A DNA stretch of 63,597 nt, filler included. It is 5 parts of 5 records of this genome, joined end to end, with 100 filler letters (N's around TTAATTAATTAA, not from the genome) between each part and the next. Parts side by side here need not be neighbours in the genome. Positions count along the whole stretch, not along the records: positions 1 to 13,626 come from SRR2962707_1159; positions 13,727 to 41,404 come from SRR2962707_1162; 3 more parts are not named here. The stretch is one strand, 5' to 3'. How positions within the stretch are numbered: the first letter of the stretch is position 1; every line of letters starts with the position of its first letter. This document shows positions 11,101 through 19,783 of this stretch, piece after piece. The position numbers and the translations under genes were made by a program. The notes under the pieces were generated by a model, which saw only the letters and a program-made list of their open reading frames with translations, did no database searches and had not been told where the DNA came from.

Positions 11101-13626
11101 AAATCTATCGCCACGTGTGCGGTGCCTGTCGATAGCATCGCCGAAGGCACAATCGAAGTTTCCATGTCAAGCAACAGTGGTGTAGATCGCTCCCCACAAA
11201 CTCTAACCCTGACGGTTTTTTCGGATCCTACGCTCTATAGTCTTGCACCCAAGGCAGGTTTTACAACCGGCGCGACACCGCTGGTATTTTCAGGGAAAGA
11301 TTTGCCGAATGTGGGTGAGCTTCGCTGTCGTTTCTTCATTGGCACAGAACAGGTATTCGCATCGGCCACCTATGTCAACGAAGACACTATTTCATGCCTC
11401 ACACCCAGCGTCAGCAAGCCGCAACAGGCAACTGTGGACTTGGTCGTCACTGCCACGGGGCAAAGTTACTGCTTACGTTCTTTTTCGTTTGCGTATATTC
11501 AGCGTTTTGGCGTTGACTCAGTGTCCCCCTCCACCGGACCCAGTAGCGGGGGTACGCATATTGTGGTGAAAGGCAACGACTTCGTGTCGACAGGGTTATT
11601 TTGTGGGTTCACCAGCGATGCTAACAGCTCAATGTCCATTGTGACGGAGGCCACCTTTGTCACATCGAACATTGTGAAATGTATCTCGCCTGCCGTACCC
11701 ACTGAAAGTGCGGCAACGTACACACTTCGCGTTGGCCTCAATGGTGTTGACTGGTCGCCTTCGAGCCAAACTTTTCGTTATGACCTCCCCATATCAGAAT
11801 TCTCAATGTCACCCAATCGAGGTCCTGCTAGTCAATACACGACGGCCATCATCTCGGCAGACTTTACCGAACAGCCAGAATTCCTGGTGGCAACCGTTGG
11901 TTCTGCAAAAGTGCCGTGTGTTCGCAGGTCCAGTTCCGATGCTGAATGTGTGATACCGCCGAGCAACTGTGCTGGAGACGTGGATGTGTCGATTTCCACA
12001 AACGGTCAGCAGTTTTCGCTTGTGTCTGCCGTGTTCTCCTACTACGATGGCCTCTCAGTTGCAAGCGTGTCCCCCGGACAGACATGGTTGGGCATTGAAG
12101 AGCGATTGGTGCTTGAATCTGACAACTTGTGGTCGCCAAGTGCAATCTATGTCTGCCGCATGTCCTCAACCATGGACGTTTTTGAGATTTCTGCACAGTT
12201 TGAGTCAGCATCAAAGCTTGCCTTCAATTTTACGGGGCGATATGCTGGACGGTACAACATCTTGTTATCAGCGAACAGTGGGGTGAATTTCGAGGTGACT
12301 GGGTTTTCGATCGAGATTCTTGAGCCTCCAAGCACAATATCGATTGCTCCTTCAATAGGCTCAACCACCGGCGGTACTTCATTGCACATTTCCGGCACAA
12401 ACTTCGACTTTCGTATTTTCTCTCACTGTGTGTTTGTCGGGAATTTTCTGAGCGACATCGTGGCAGTTGATCAAGCGTCTGCCAACAGTGTGGCTTGTTC
12501 ATCGCCCACTTCCCCGCAAGGTGGAAATGTACAAGTGTACCTTTCCACGAATGGGGTTGACCTAACGCCAAGTTCTTCTGCTCCCACTTTCCTTTTCGTT
12601 TCGCTTCCACCAATCCTGAAGATTGCTCCTGCATCTGGTTCCATCAGCGGCGGAACGTCCGTCGCGGTTGAGATCAGCTCGACGCAATTGCTCTCGGACT
12701 CACCTGTTTGCTTGTTCGGTTCTGAAGAAGTTCAAGGTTGGACCCAAAATGAAACACATGTGCTGTGCACATCGCCCTCCCTGGTCGACTCAGTGAGTTC
12801 AGATGGCTCTGTGTCCGTTCCGGTCTCAATTCGCATCAACGAGCAAGACAGCTTTCCAAGCTCAGAAATGTTCCAAGTGTTTCCCCCGCCACGCATTTTC
12901 GCGGTTACCCCGAAGGTCATTGCTTCAAACGACACCAACACGATTGTTGTGTCAGGGGCCAACTTCGTGGTTGGGGCCAATGCCCACTGTGCATTTGATC
13001 GCTTTGTGATGGAGGCGACTGTGCTGTCGTCGTCGGAGCTGACTTGCCGAGTCCCCCCACAGCTGTATTTACAACACGAGCAGACATCTTTCCGCGCGAT
13101 TGAAGTTGACGTGACTTTCAACGTTGTGGATTTCACAGCAACACCACTGACGTTGTTCTTTTCATCACCGGTTGGTGTGACTGCTGTTCTCCCATCCAGT
13201 GGCCCCTTGGATGGGGGTACTCCTATCACTCTAGTTGGGCACGCGTTCCAAGCTCTTCAGGTGTATTCGTGCAGATTTTCTGTACTTGGCGAATCGGTCG
13301 AAGATTCCGTTGAAATTGATGTTGGGGCCACGTTTGTGACGTCAGGAGCATTGCAATGCAAAACGCCCACTGTGCCGTCGAGCTCAACAATTGCAGACAT
13401 TCACATTTTACAAAACGATGTCGCCATTTCAGATCAATCGGCGAAGTTCCTGTTCTCTCCGCGCCCAGTCGTAGCAGAGATACAACCAGCCAGTGGAGCA
13501 ACATTTGGAGGAACAAAAGTGCATGTCGCTGGCAACGGCTTCTTGCAGTCTGAATTCTTGCACTGCGTTTTCGATGGCCTTCGTGTCGCAATCACGGAGT
13601 TCATTAGCGACAGCGAAGTTGTATGC
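8131..13626 (+). CDS. Giant secreted/surface protein: 2 LamG/concanavalin-like domains, Ig-like linker, at least 12 IPT/TIG repeats; 3' truncated
   Basis: Hydrophobic N-terminus ICIAVSWVWLSVISAAS; LamG motifs GEWHLVAAQYD..LFVDG..FYGDVDD and WTNLALVFD..LFVNG..FVGEVDEV; repeated P.I.SV.PS.GP..GGT.V.V.G.NF units; ORF runs into linker. Confidence 0.85.
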
Positions 13627-13726
13627 NNNNNNNNNNNNNNNNNNNNNNNNNNNNNNNNNNNNNNNNNNNNTTAATTAATTAANNNNNNNNNNNNNNNNNN
13701 NNNNNNNNNNNNNNNNNNNNNNNNNN
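13627..13726. other. Artificial contig linker
   Basis: N44-TTAATTAATTAA-N44, stops in all six frames. Confidence 0.99.
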
Positions 13727-13811
13727 GACCCGCTTTATGCGGGTCATCCACGTCTTTCTTTGTTGGAAGGCCGCAAAGACGTGGATGGTCCGGACAAGCC
13801 GGGCCATGACG
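13727..13811. repeat. Rhizobiales-type REP/BIME-like palindromic element (left end cut)
   Basis: gacccgc-tttat-gcgggtc; atccacgtcttt...aaagacgtggat; atggtccgg-acaag-ccgggccatgac. Confidence 0.75.
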
Positions 13812-13866
13812 ACAACGAATAAAGACATTCAAACGTGGCCGCACATGACTCTCGGGAGGAAACACA

Positions 13867-16113
13867 ATGGGTGACGACATGGACATCGGTGGCGGATCGT
13901 CCTCCGCCGTTCAGGATTTCTTGAAGGAGACGAGCCTCTATCTCTCGCCCGATCCCGAGATCATGAACAATCACGGTCTCGAGCCGCGCACCGCCTATGA
14001 GGACCAGTGCATCGGCAAGGAAAACGATCCCGTCCGTCTGGAAATTGTCCGCGAGCGCATCCTTGCCGGCGTCAACGAATCCTACGAGATGCTGGAAAAC
14101 ATGGGCGCGGCGCCCGGCGCGAAGTGGGGCGACTGCGTTTCCGCCGTCTACACGGCCTCCGGCGATCTCTCGCTCGCAAGCTCCGGCGGCGTGGTCATCT
14201 TCTGCAATCTCGTTCAGTACCCGATCAAGTTCGTCAACAAGTACTGGACCGGCGATCCGACCGTCGGCATCAAGGAAGGCGATGTCTTCATCGTCAACGA
14301 TGCCCGCTACGGTCAGGCGCACAACACCGACCAGTCCATGATGATGCCCGTCTTCCACGAAGGGCGGATCGTCGCCTGGGCGGGCGCCACGGTGCATGAA
14401 GGCGAGAACGGCGCCATCGAGCCGGGCGGCATGCCCTCGCTCGCCGAGCAGGTCTGGGACGAAGGGCTGAAGATGTCGCCCTTCAAAGTCGCCGAGAACT
14501 ACAAGCTGAAGCGCGACCTCGTCACCTTCCTTCAGAACTCCGTGCGCGAGCCGAAGCTGCAATACGCGGACATGAAGGTGAAGATGTATGTCTGCCGCCG
14601 CATCGAAACGCGCATCCACGAAGCTATCGCCGAATACGGCGTCGAGGCCGTCGTTGCCGCGCTCCGCATGAACCTCGAGGACACGGATGCCGAAGTCCGC
14701 CGCCGTCTGCTCGAATGGCCGGACGGCACCACGCGTCATGCCTGGTGGACAGACGGCACGTTGCGCGAAAACGTCCAGATCAAGATCAATCTCGCGCTGA
14801 CGAAGAAAGGCGATGAGATCACCTTCGACTATCGCGGATCGAGCCCCGAATTCACCAACCGGTCGAACAACAGCCTCGACATCACGGTGAAGGGCATGCT
14901 CGCCCAGCTTTTCCTCACCTTCATCTGGCCGGACATTCCCCGCAATCAGGGTGTGCTCGCACCGGTGAATTTCATCTTCGACAACCCCTCGGTTCTCAAG
15001 CCCGCCTTCGGTACGCCGAATGCGCAATCCATGATGACGGTCTTCACCGCATGGAGCGCTGGCCAGGTCTGCGCGATGAAGTTCCTCTATTCCAACCCGC
15101 ACAAATACACGCGGGTGCTCGCGCCCTGGTTCAACATGATCAACACCTTCCTCTTTGGCGGGCTCACGCAGCATGGCGAAATGGTCGGTAACGTCTGCGC
15201 CGACATCAACGGCATGGGCGGCGGCGCGCTGGCGGATCGCGATGGCGAGCATGGCTGCTCGCCGATCTTCGCCACCATGTCGGACATCGGTGAGCAGGAA
15301 TTCATCGAAGAGGAAATGCCCTTCATCCAGATCGTCTCGAAGAAGATGATGAAGGACAATCAGGGCTTCGGCCGCCAGCGCGGCGGCATGGGCTACCAGA
15401 TGGTGCTGGCCATGCGCGACAGCCCCGCCTTCGGCTTCATGCTGACGGCCATGGGCGCCAAGTTCCCGAATATTCCGGGCCTCTTCGGCGGCTATGGCTG
15501 CCCGACTTACCCGCTGTCCCGCGTGTCGGGCGTCGATGTCTTCGAAATCCTGAAGAGCGATCCGGGCTCCTTCCGCTATTCGATCGAGGAGTTGATGAAC
15601 GAGCGGCCTTTCAAGGATGCGAAGTATTCAACCCACCCGATGACGCTCGGCTACACGCTGGCGAAGCGCGGCGAGCTCTACATGATCGCGCAAGGAACCG
15701 GCGGCGGCTTCGGCGATCCGCTGGACCGCAAACCCGAAGACGTGATCCGCGATCTCGACGAAGACCTGATCACGCATGATGTCGCCTGGCGCATCTACCG
15801 TGTCGTCTACGACAACGAAACCCTCCATGTCGATGAACAGGCGACGGAGGAGGCGCGCGAGAGCATGCGCCGCGAGCGCATCGCGAAGAGCAAGCCCTTC
15901 GACGCCTTCTGCGCGGAGTGGGTGAAGGATAGGCCGACGGGCAAGGTGCCTTACTACGGCTCCTGGGACGACAGCAGCATGGTCCATACCGGCTCGCCCG
16001 ACACGGTCCAGCCTGCGGCGAACATCAACCCGCCCGTCGTCATGGCCCATCCGCTTCAGGTGAAGATCGACAAGCTCGAAGCCGAGCTTGCCGCTTCCCG
16101 CAAGAAAGCCTGA
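13867..16113 (+). CDS. Hydantoinase B/oxoprolinase family protein, acetone/acetophenone carboxylase metal-binding subunit-like
   Basis: RBS ggagga; GDVFIVNDARYGQAHNTD, ATVHEGENG, QGFGRQRGG, GGGFGDPLDR; correspond to acetone carboxylase alpha-subunit motifs HPCD and THV. Confidence 0.9.
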   Translation: MGDDMDIGGGSSSAVQDFLKETSLYLSPDPEIMNNHGLEPRTAYEDQCIGKENDPVRLEIVRERILAGVNESYEMLENMGAAPGAKWGDCVSAVYTASGDLSLASSGGVVIFCNLVQYPIKFVNKYWTGDPTVGIKEGDVFIVNDARYGQAHNTDQSMMMPVFHEGRIVAWAGATVHEGENGAIEPGGMPSLAEQVWDEGLKMSPFKVAENYKLKRDLVTFLQNSVREPKLQYADMKVKMYVCRRIETRIHEAIAEYGVEAVVAALRMNLEDTDAEVRRRLLEWPDGTTRHAWWTDGTLRENVQIKINLALTKKGDEITFDYRGSSPEFTNRSNNSLDITVKGMLAQLFLTFIWPDIPRNQGVLAPVNFIFDNPSVLKPAFGTPNAQSMMTVFTAWSAGQVCAMKFLYSNPHKYTRVLAPWFNMINTFLFGGLTQHGEMVGNVCADINGMGGGALADRDGEHGCSPIFATMSDIGEQEFIEEEMPFIQIVSKKMMKDNQGFGRQRGGMGYQMVLAMRDSPAFGFMLTAMGAKFPNIPGLFGGYGCPTYPLSRVSGVDVFEILKSDPGSFRYSIEELMNERPFKDAKYSTHPMTLGYTLAKRGELYMIAQGTGGGFGDPLDRKPEDVIRDLDEDLITHDVAWRIYRVVYDNETLHVDEQATEEARESMRRERIAKSKPFDAFCAEWVKDRPTGKVPYYGSWDDSSMVHTGSPDTVQPAANINPPVVMAHPLQVKIDKLEAELAASRKKA

Positions 16114-16117
16114 TGTA

Positions 16118-16885
16118 ATGGCCGCTGCGCTGCCGCCGCTCTGGATAGATGGCTACGCCTTCGGCCGGCAGGTCTTGCGCGGCAGCGAGGAGCCCTGGAA
16201 GACGCCGGATGATTTCGGCTTCTTCCTGCGCGACCTCTCGCAGCTCCTCTCGCTCGATCTCGCCGAGATTCCGGTCCTGCCCGCGATCCTCGCCTGGGGC
16301 GAAATGGAAGGCGTCGCACTGGCTTCCCTCGGAGCCGATGGCATGGAGCGGCTGCTGGCGGATACGCGGCTCCGCGTCCATCTGAAGCGCGGGATCGAAA
16401 CGGCGGCGGGCGCGCTCGGCTCCCGTCCGCTGGCGCTCTCGCTCCCCGGCCCCGGCGCGCTCGCCGCGCTCTGCATGGCCCCCGGCGAAACAGACGAAGA
16501 CGCACTGGACGACCTTGCGCTCTCGCTCGCCGATCTCCTGCGCGCTCTCTTCCGTCCCGGTCTCGTTGCCTTCCGCTTCGCCGAGAGCGATCCCGGCGCG
16601 CTCGAGTTCTTCGATCCCCTCACCAATGTCGCCCGCCATTACGAGGCGGCCTCCGTCCTTGTGCTGACGGGTGATGCGTCTGCCTCCGCCGGTGACGCCT
16701 CCGGGTTCGATTGCGTGTTCAGCGAAGGCGAGGGCGGCGACGGTCTCGTTCTCCCTGCCGCCATTTGGGATGGGGCGTCGTTCGTCTCGATGTCCGACAA
16801 TCGCGCATTCACGGAAGTGCCGGCGGACATGGTTCCTGAAACCGTGCTCGCGAGGCTCAGGCAACTGAGCGGTCAGGCAGCCTGA
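16118..16885 (+). CDS. Hypothetical protein co-transcribed with the carboxylase subunit (possible degenerate URO-D/TIM-barrel accessory protein)
   Basis: Starts 4 nt after the upstream stop; GC-rich codon usage; LWIDGYAFG..PW, PLALSLPGP; fold is inference only. Confidence 0.7.
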   Translation: MAAALPPLWIDGYAFGRQVLRGSEEPWKTPDDFGFFLRDLSQLLSLDLAEIPVLPAILAWGEMEGVALASLGADGMERLLADTRLRVHLKRGIETAAGALGSRPLALSLPGPGALAALCMAPGETDEDALDDLALSLADLLRALFRPGLVAFRFAESDPGALEFFDPLTNVARHYEAASVLVLTGDASASAGDASGFDCVFSEGEGGDGLVLPAAIWDGASFVSMSDNRAFTEVPADMVPETVLARLRQLSGQAA

Positions 16886-16926
16886 ATTCCTCCTAGGGAG
16901 ACGATCCCTCCACTCCCGGATGACTT

Positions 16927-16960
16927 GGCTGCTCTCTGGAAACAGAGAGCAGCCTTTTTT
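16927..16960 (+). terminator. Rho-independent terminator
   Basis: GGCTGCTCTCTG-GAAA-CAGAGAGCAGCC followed by T6. Confidence 0.9.
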
Positions 16961-17088
16961 CCGCCCGTCTGCGCGCGCCCGGCCCCCCTTTTGTGTAGTT
17001 TCGCCAATCCACCGCACACGGAATACTTCGCACGCTTTCGAGCGATACCCCCGCGGGGAGCGCTCCCTCCGCCTCCTCGCAGCACTTC

Positions 17089-17120
17089 AGCCGCCTCGCC
17101 TCGCGCGGGGCGGCTTTTTT
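17089..17120 (+). terminator. Second Rho-independent terminator with no ORF upstream
   Basis: agccgcctcgc-ctcgc-gcggggcggct followed by T-run. Confidence 0.75.
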
Positions 17121-17314
17121 CTTTTGCCAAACAAAATACGCAGTCGTTATCTGGGGAGGAGCGAGAGGCAAGGCGCAGACTTGTCCGCGGGTCATTCGCG
17201 GCCAAAACCGGGGACAACTGTCCGCGCGAGGGGAGGGGATAACCCTTCGCCTCGCACCGCAACATCGCCACAAAACGCTTTATGACGTTTCAGTGACAGT
17301 TCGATGACAGTCGC

Positions 17315-19309
17315 TTAAGCAGCGGCCGTTTTATACTCGGTCTGCGTCTCCGCGAAGCGCACAAAATAGTCGATCGCCGACGGGTTTGCCATCGCATCCC
17401 GGCTCGCCGCCTTCTCCAGCGCCACCCCGAGCAGGATCTTGCGCACCGGCACTTCCATCTTCTTTCCCGTCAGCGTGTAAGGCACCGCCTCAACTTCATA
17501 AATGCGATCCGGCACATGGCGTGGCGAATATTTTTCGCGCAACGCCTTGTTGATTTTCGCTTTTACTTCGTCGGTAAGCGTCGCGCCTTCCGCCATCGTG
17601 ACGAACAGCGGCATGAAGAAATTGCCGCGAGGCAAGTCGAGGTTCACGATGATCGAATCCTCGATCTCCTCAAGCCCTTCTATCGTCCGGTAAATCTCAG
17701 CCGTTCCGATGCGCACGCCATACCTGTTCAGCGTCGAATCCGAACGCCCCATGATGAAGCAACCACCGCGATCATTGACCTTGAAATAGTCGCCGTGCCG
17801 CCAGTGACCCTCATACGTATCGAAATAGCTGTCGTGATAGAGATGCCCGCCTTCATCGTTCCAGAAGTAGAGCGGCATCGACGGCATCGGTTTGCTCACC
17901 ACAAGCTCGCCGACTTCGCCGATGACGGCGATTCCCTCTTCGTCGAAGGCATTCACATCGACGCCGAGGCAGCGCGTCTGGATTTCACCCGCATGCACCG
18001 GCAGCGTCGGCATGCCGCCGACAAAGGCAGAAGCGACGTCCGTTCCGCCGCTCTGCGACGTCACCCAGATGTCTGATTGAAGGTTGTCGAAGCACCATTC
18101 CATATGCTCGGGCATTACCGGCGAACCGCCGAGCAGGATGCTCTTCATCTTCGACATGTCGAAGAGTTTGTTGGGGCGTATGCCTGCTTTCATCTGTCCG
18201 TTGAGGAAAGTCGGGCTCGCACCGAAAAGCGTCATGCCCGTTTCCGCCGCAAGCTCCCACAACCGGTCAGCTTTCGGCACCATCGGATTGCCGTCGTAAA
18301 GCACCACGGCCGAGCCCGCGACAAGGCCCGACAGCAGGATGTTCCACATCACCCAGCCCGTCGTCGTGAAGTAGAACATGCAGGAGTCTGGCTTCAGGTT
18401 CAGATGGAAATGCGTGAACTTCAGCGCCTCCAAAAGAACCCCGCCATGCCCATGCACAAACGGCTTCGGCAGTCCCGTCGTCCCCGACGAATAGACGATC
18501 CAGAGCGGGTGATCGAATGCCGTATCCTCGAATTCGAAATCCTCCGCGTCGTCGCGCTCAAGCAGCGACTGCCAGGCAATCGCATGCGCCGTCACCGGCT
18601 CGTCGCTGTACTCGTCGGACGATCCCTTCACATGCACCACATGTTCGAGCGAGGGCAGGGCATCCGCCATCGCGCGCACTTCCGTCCGCCGGTCGAAATC
18701 CTTGCCCCCGTAGCGATAGCTGTCCGCCGCGAACAAGAGTTTCGGCGTGATCTGTCCAAACCGGTCGATCACGCTCGCGGAACCGAAATCCGGCGAGCAG
18801 CTCGACCAGACCGCGCCGATGCTCGCCGTCGCGAAGAACGCGACAGCGGCTTCCGGGACATTCGGCATATAGGAAACGACGCGGTCTCCCGGCTTGATGC
18901 CGAGTTCCCGAAGCGCCGTCGCCACCTTGAAAACCTGGCTCCGCAATTCGTCCCAACTGATCTTGCGCGCTGTGCCTTCTTCGCCCGCAGCATAGATCGC
19001 GGTCTTCCCGCCATCGCCTTTCGAAAGCAGCGTGCGGATATAGTTCACGCGCGCGCCGCAGAACCATTCGGTCCCCGGCATTTCGGGATGCCGCATCACG
19101 CACTCATAGGGCGTGGAGGACTCCACGTCGAAATACTGCCAGATCGCCTCCCAGAAACCGGCAATGTCCTCCGCCGACCAGCGCCGCACATCCTCATAGT
19201 TTTTGAAGCCGTGCCCCCTGCCGTTCAGCCATTCCGTGAAAGCGGTAATGTTCGCATCCGCCACCATCGCGCTCGACGGCGTCCAGAGCAGGTCTCCCAT
19301 ATTGGCCAA
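17315..19309 (-). CDS. Acetoacetate-CoA ligase
   Basis: AMP-binding HPLWIVYSSGTTGLPK, SGGTDV, GEIQ, WRHGD, GRSDSTLN, PYTLTGKKMEVPVRK; start TTG 19309 with RBS ggagag (or ATG 19300). Confidence 0.92.
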   Translation of the reverse strand: MANMGDLLWTPSSAMVADANITAFTEWLNGRGHGFKNYEDVRRWSAEDIAGFWEAIWQYFDVESSTPYECVMRHPEMPGTEWFCGARVNYIRTLLSKGDGGKTAIYAAGEEGTARKISWDELRSQVFKVATALRELGIKPGDRVVSYMPNVPEAAVAFFATASIGAVWSSCSPDFGSASVIDRFGQITPKLLFAADSYRYGGKDFDRRTEVRAMADALPSLEHVVHVKGSSDEYSDEPVTAHAIAWQSLLERDDAEDFEFEDTAFDHPLWIVYSSGTTGLPKPFVHGHGGVLLEALKFTHFHLNLKPDSCMFYFTTTGWVMWNILLSGLVAGSAVVLYDGNPMVPKADRLWELAAETGMTLFGASPTFLNGQMKAGIRPNKLFDMSKMKSILLGGSPVMPEHMEWCFDNLQSDIWVTSQSGGTDVASAFVGGMPTLPVHAGEIQTRCLGVDVNAFDEEGIAVIGEVGELVVSKPMPSMPLYFWNDEGGHLYHDSYFDTYEGHWRHGDYFKVNDRGGCFIMGRSDSTLNRYGVRIGTAEIYRTIEGLEEIEDSIIVNLDLPRGNFFMPLFVTMAEGATLTDEVKAKINKALREKYSPRHVPDRIYEVEAVPYTLTGKKMEVPVRKILLGVALEKAASRDAMANPSAIDYFVRFAETQTEYKTAAA

Positions 19310-19783
19310 AGCGTTCTCTCCCTCATGCCTGCCGCTTCTTGTTGGCCGCAATCCTAGGGAGCGCACACCCCTCTCATCCCCACCCGTTCGGGCGGCGGTT
19401 ATTGCCGCCGCCCTCTCCGATTGGGAGCTCCGTCCGCCCCTTTCGTGTAATTCCGCGCCTTTCCGTGCACGCGCAAAGTGTGCATCGGGGTGGAGTGGCG
19501 TCGATGTCGTGATGCGCTGCAACACGTTCGGAGGCGTGCCGAAAATACCGCTGCTTCCGTGATGTTTTTGGTGAAGACCGTACCGCCATCCTTTAGGGCG
19601 GGGTGCATCCGGGCACCGTCACTCACCATCCCTGCAACGGTCCGGATTCGCGTTTGCGAAACGAACAGGGCCGGACGGGCGAGGGAACGGGAGAGGTTGC
19701 CCCGACACATTGGGAAGCTGCGGTGCGCGTGAGTTTGCGTGTCGCGGCCGGTGTGCCGGGCGCTGTATCGGGGGAGTGCCTGG

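Noticed and set aside
13671-13682. TTAATTAATTAA palindrome recurring four times
   Set aside because: Centre of identical N-padded linkers; an assembly artefact, not a biological site
19310-19783. Sigma-54 promoter
   Set aside because: GGCAC hits lack GC at the correct -12 spacing on either strand
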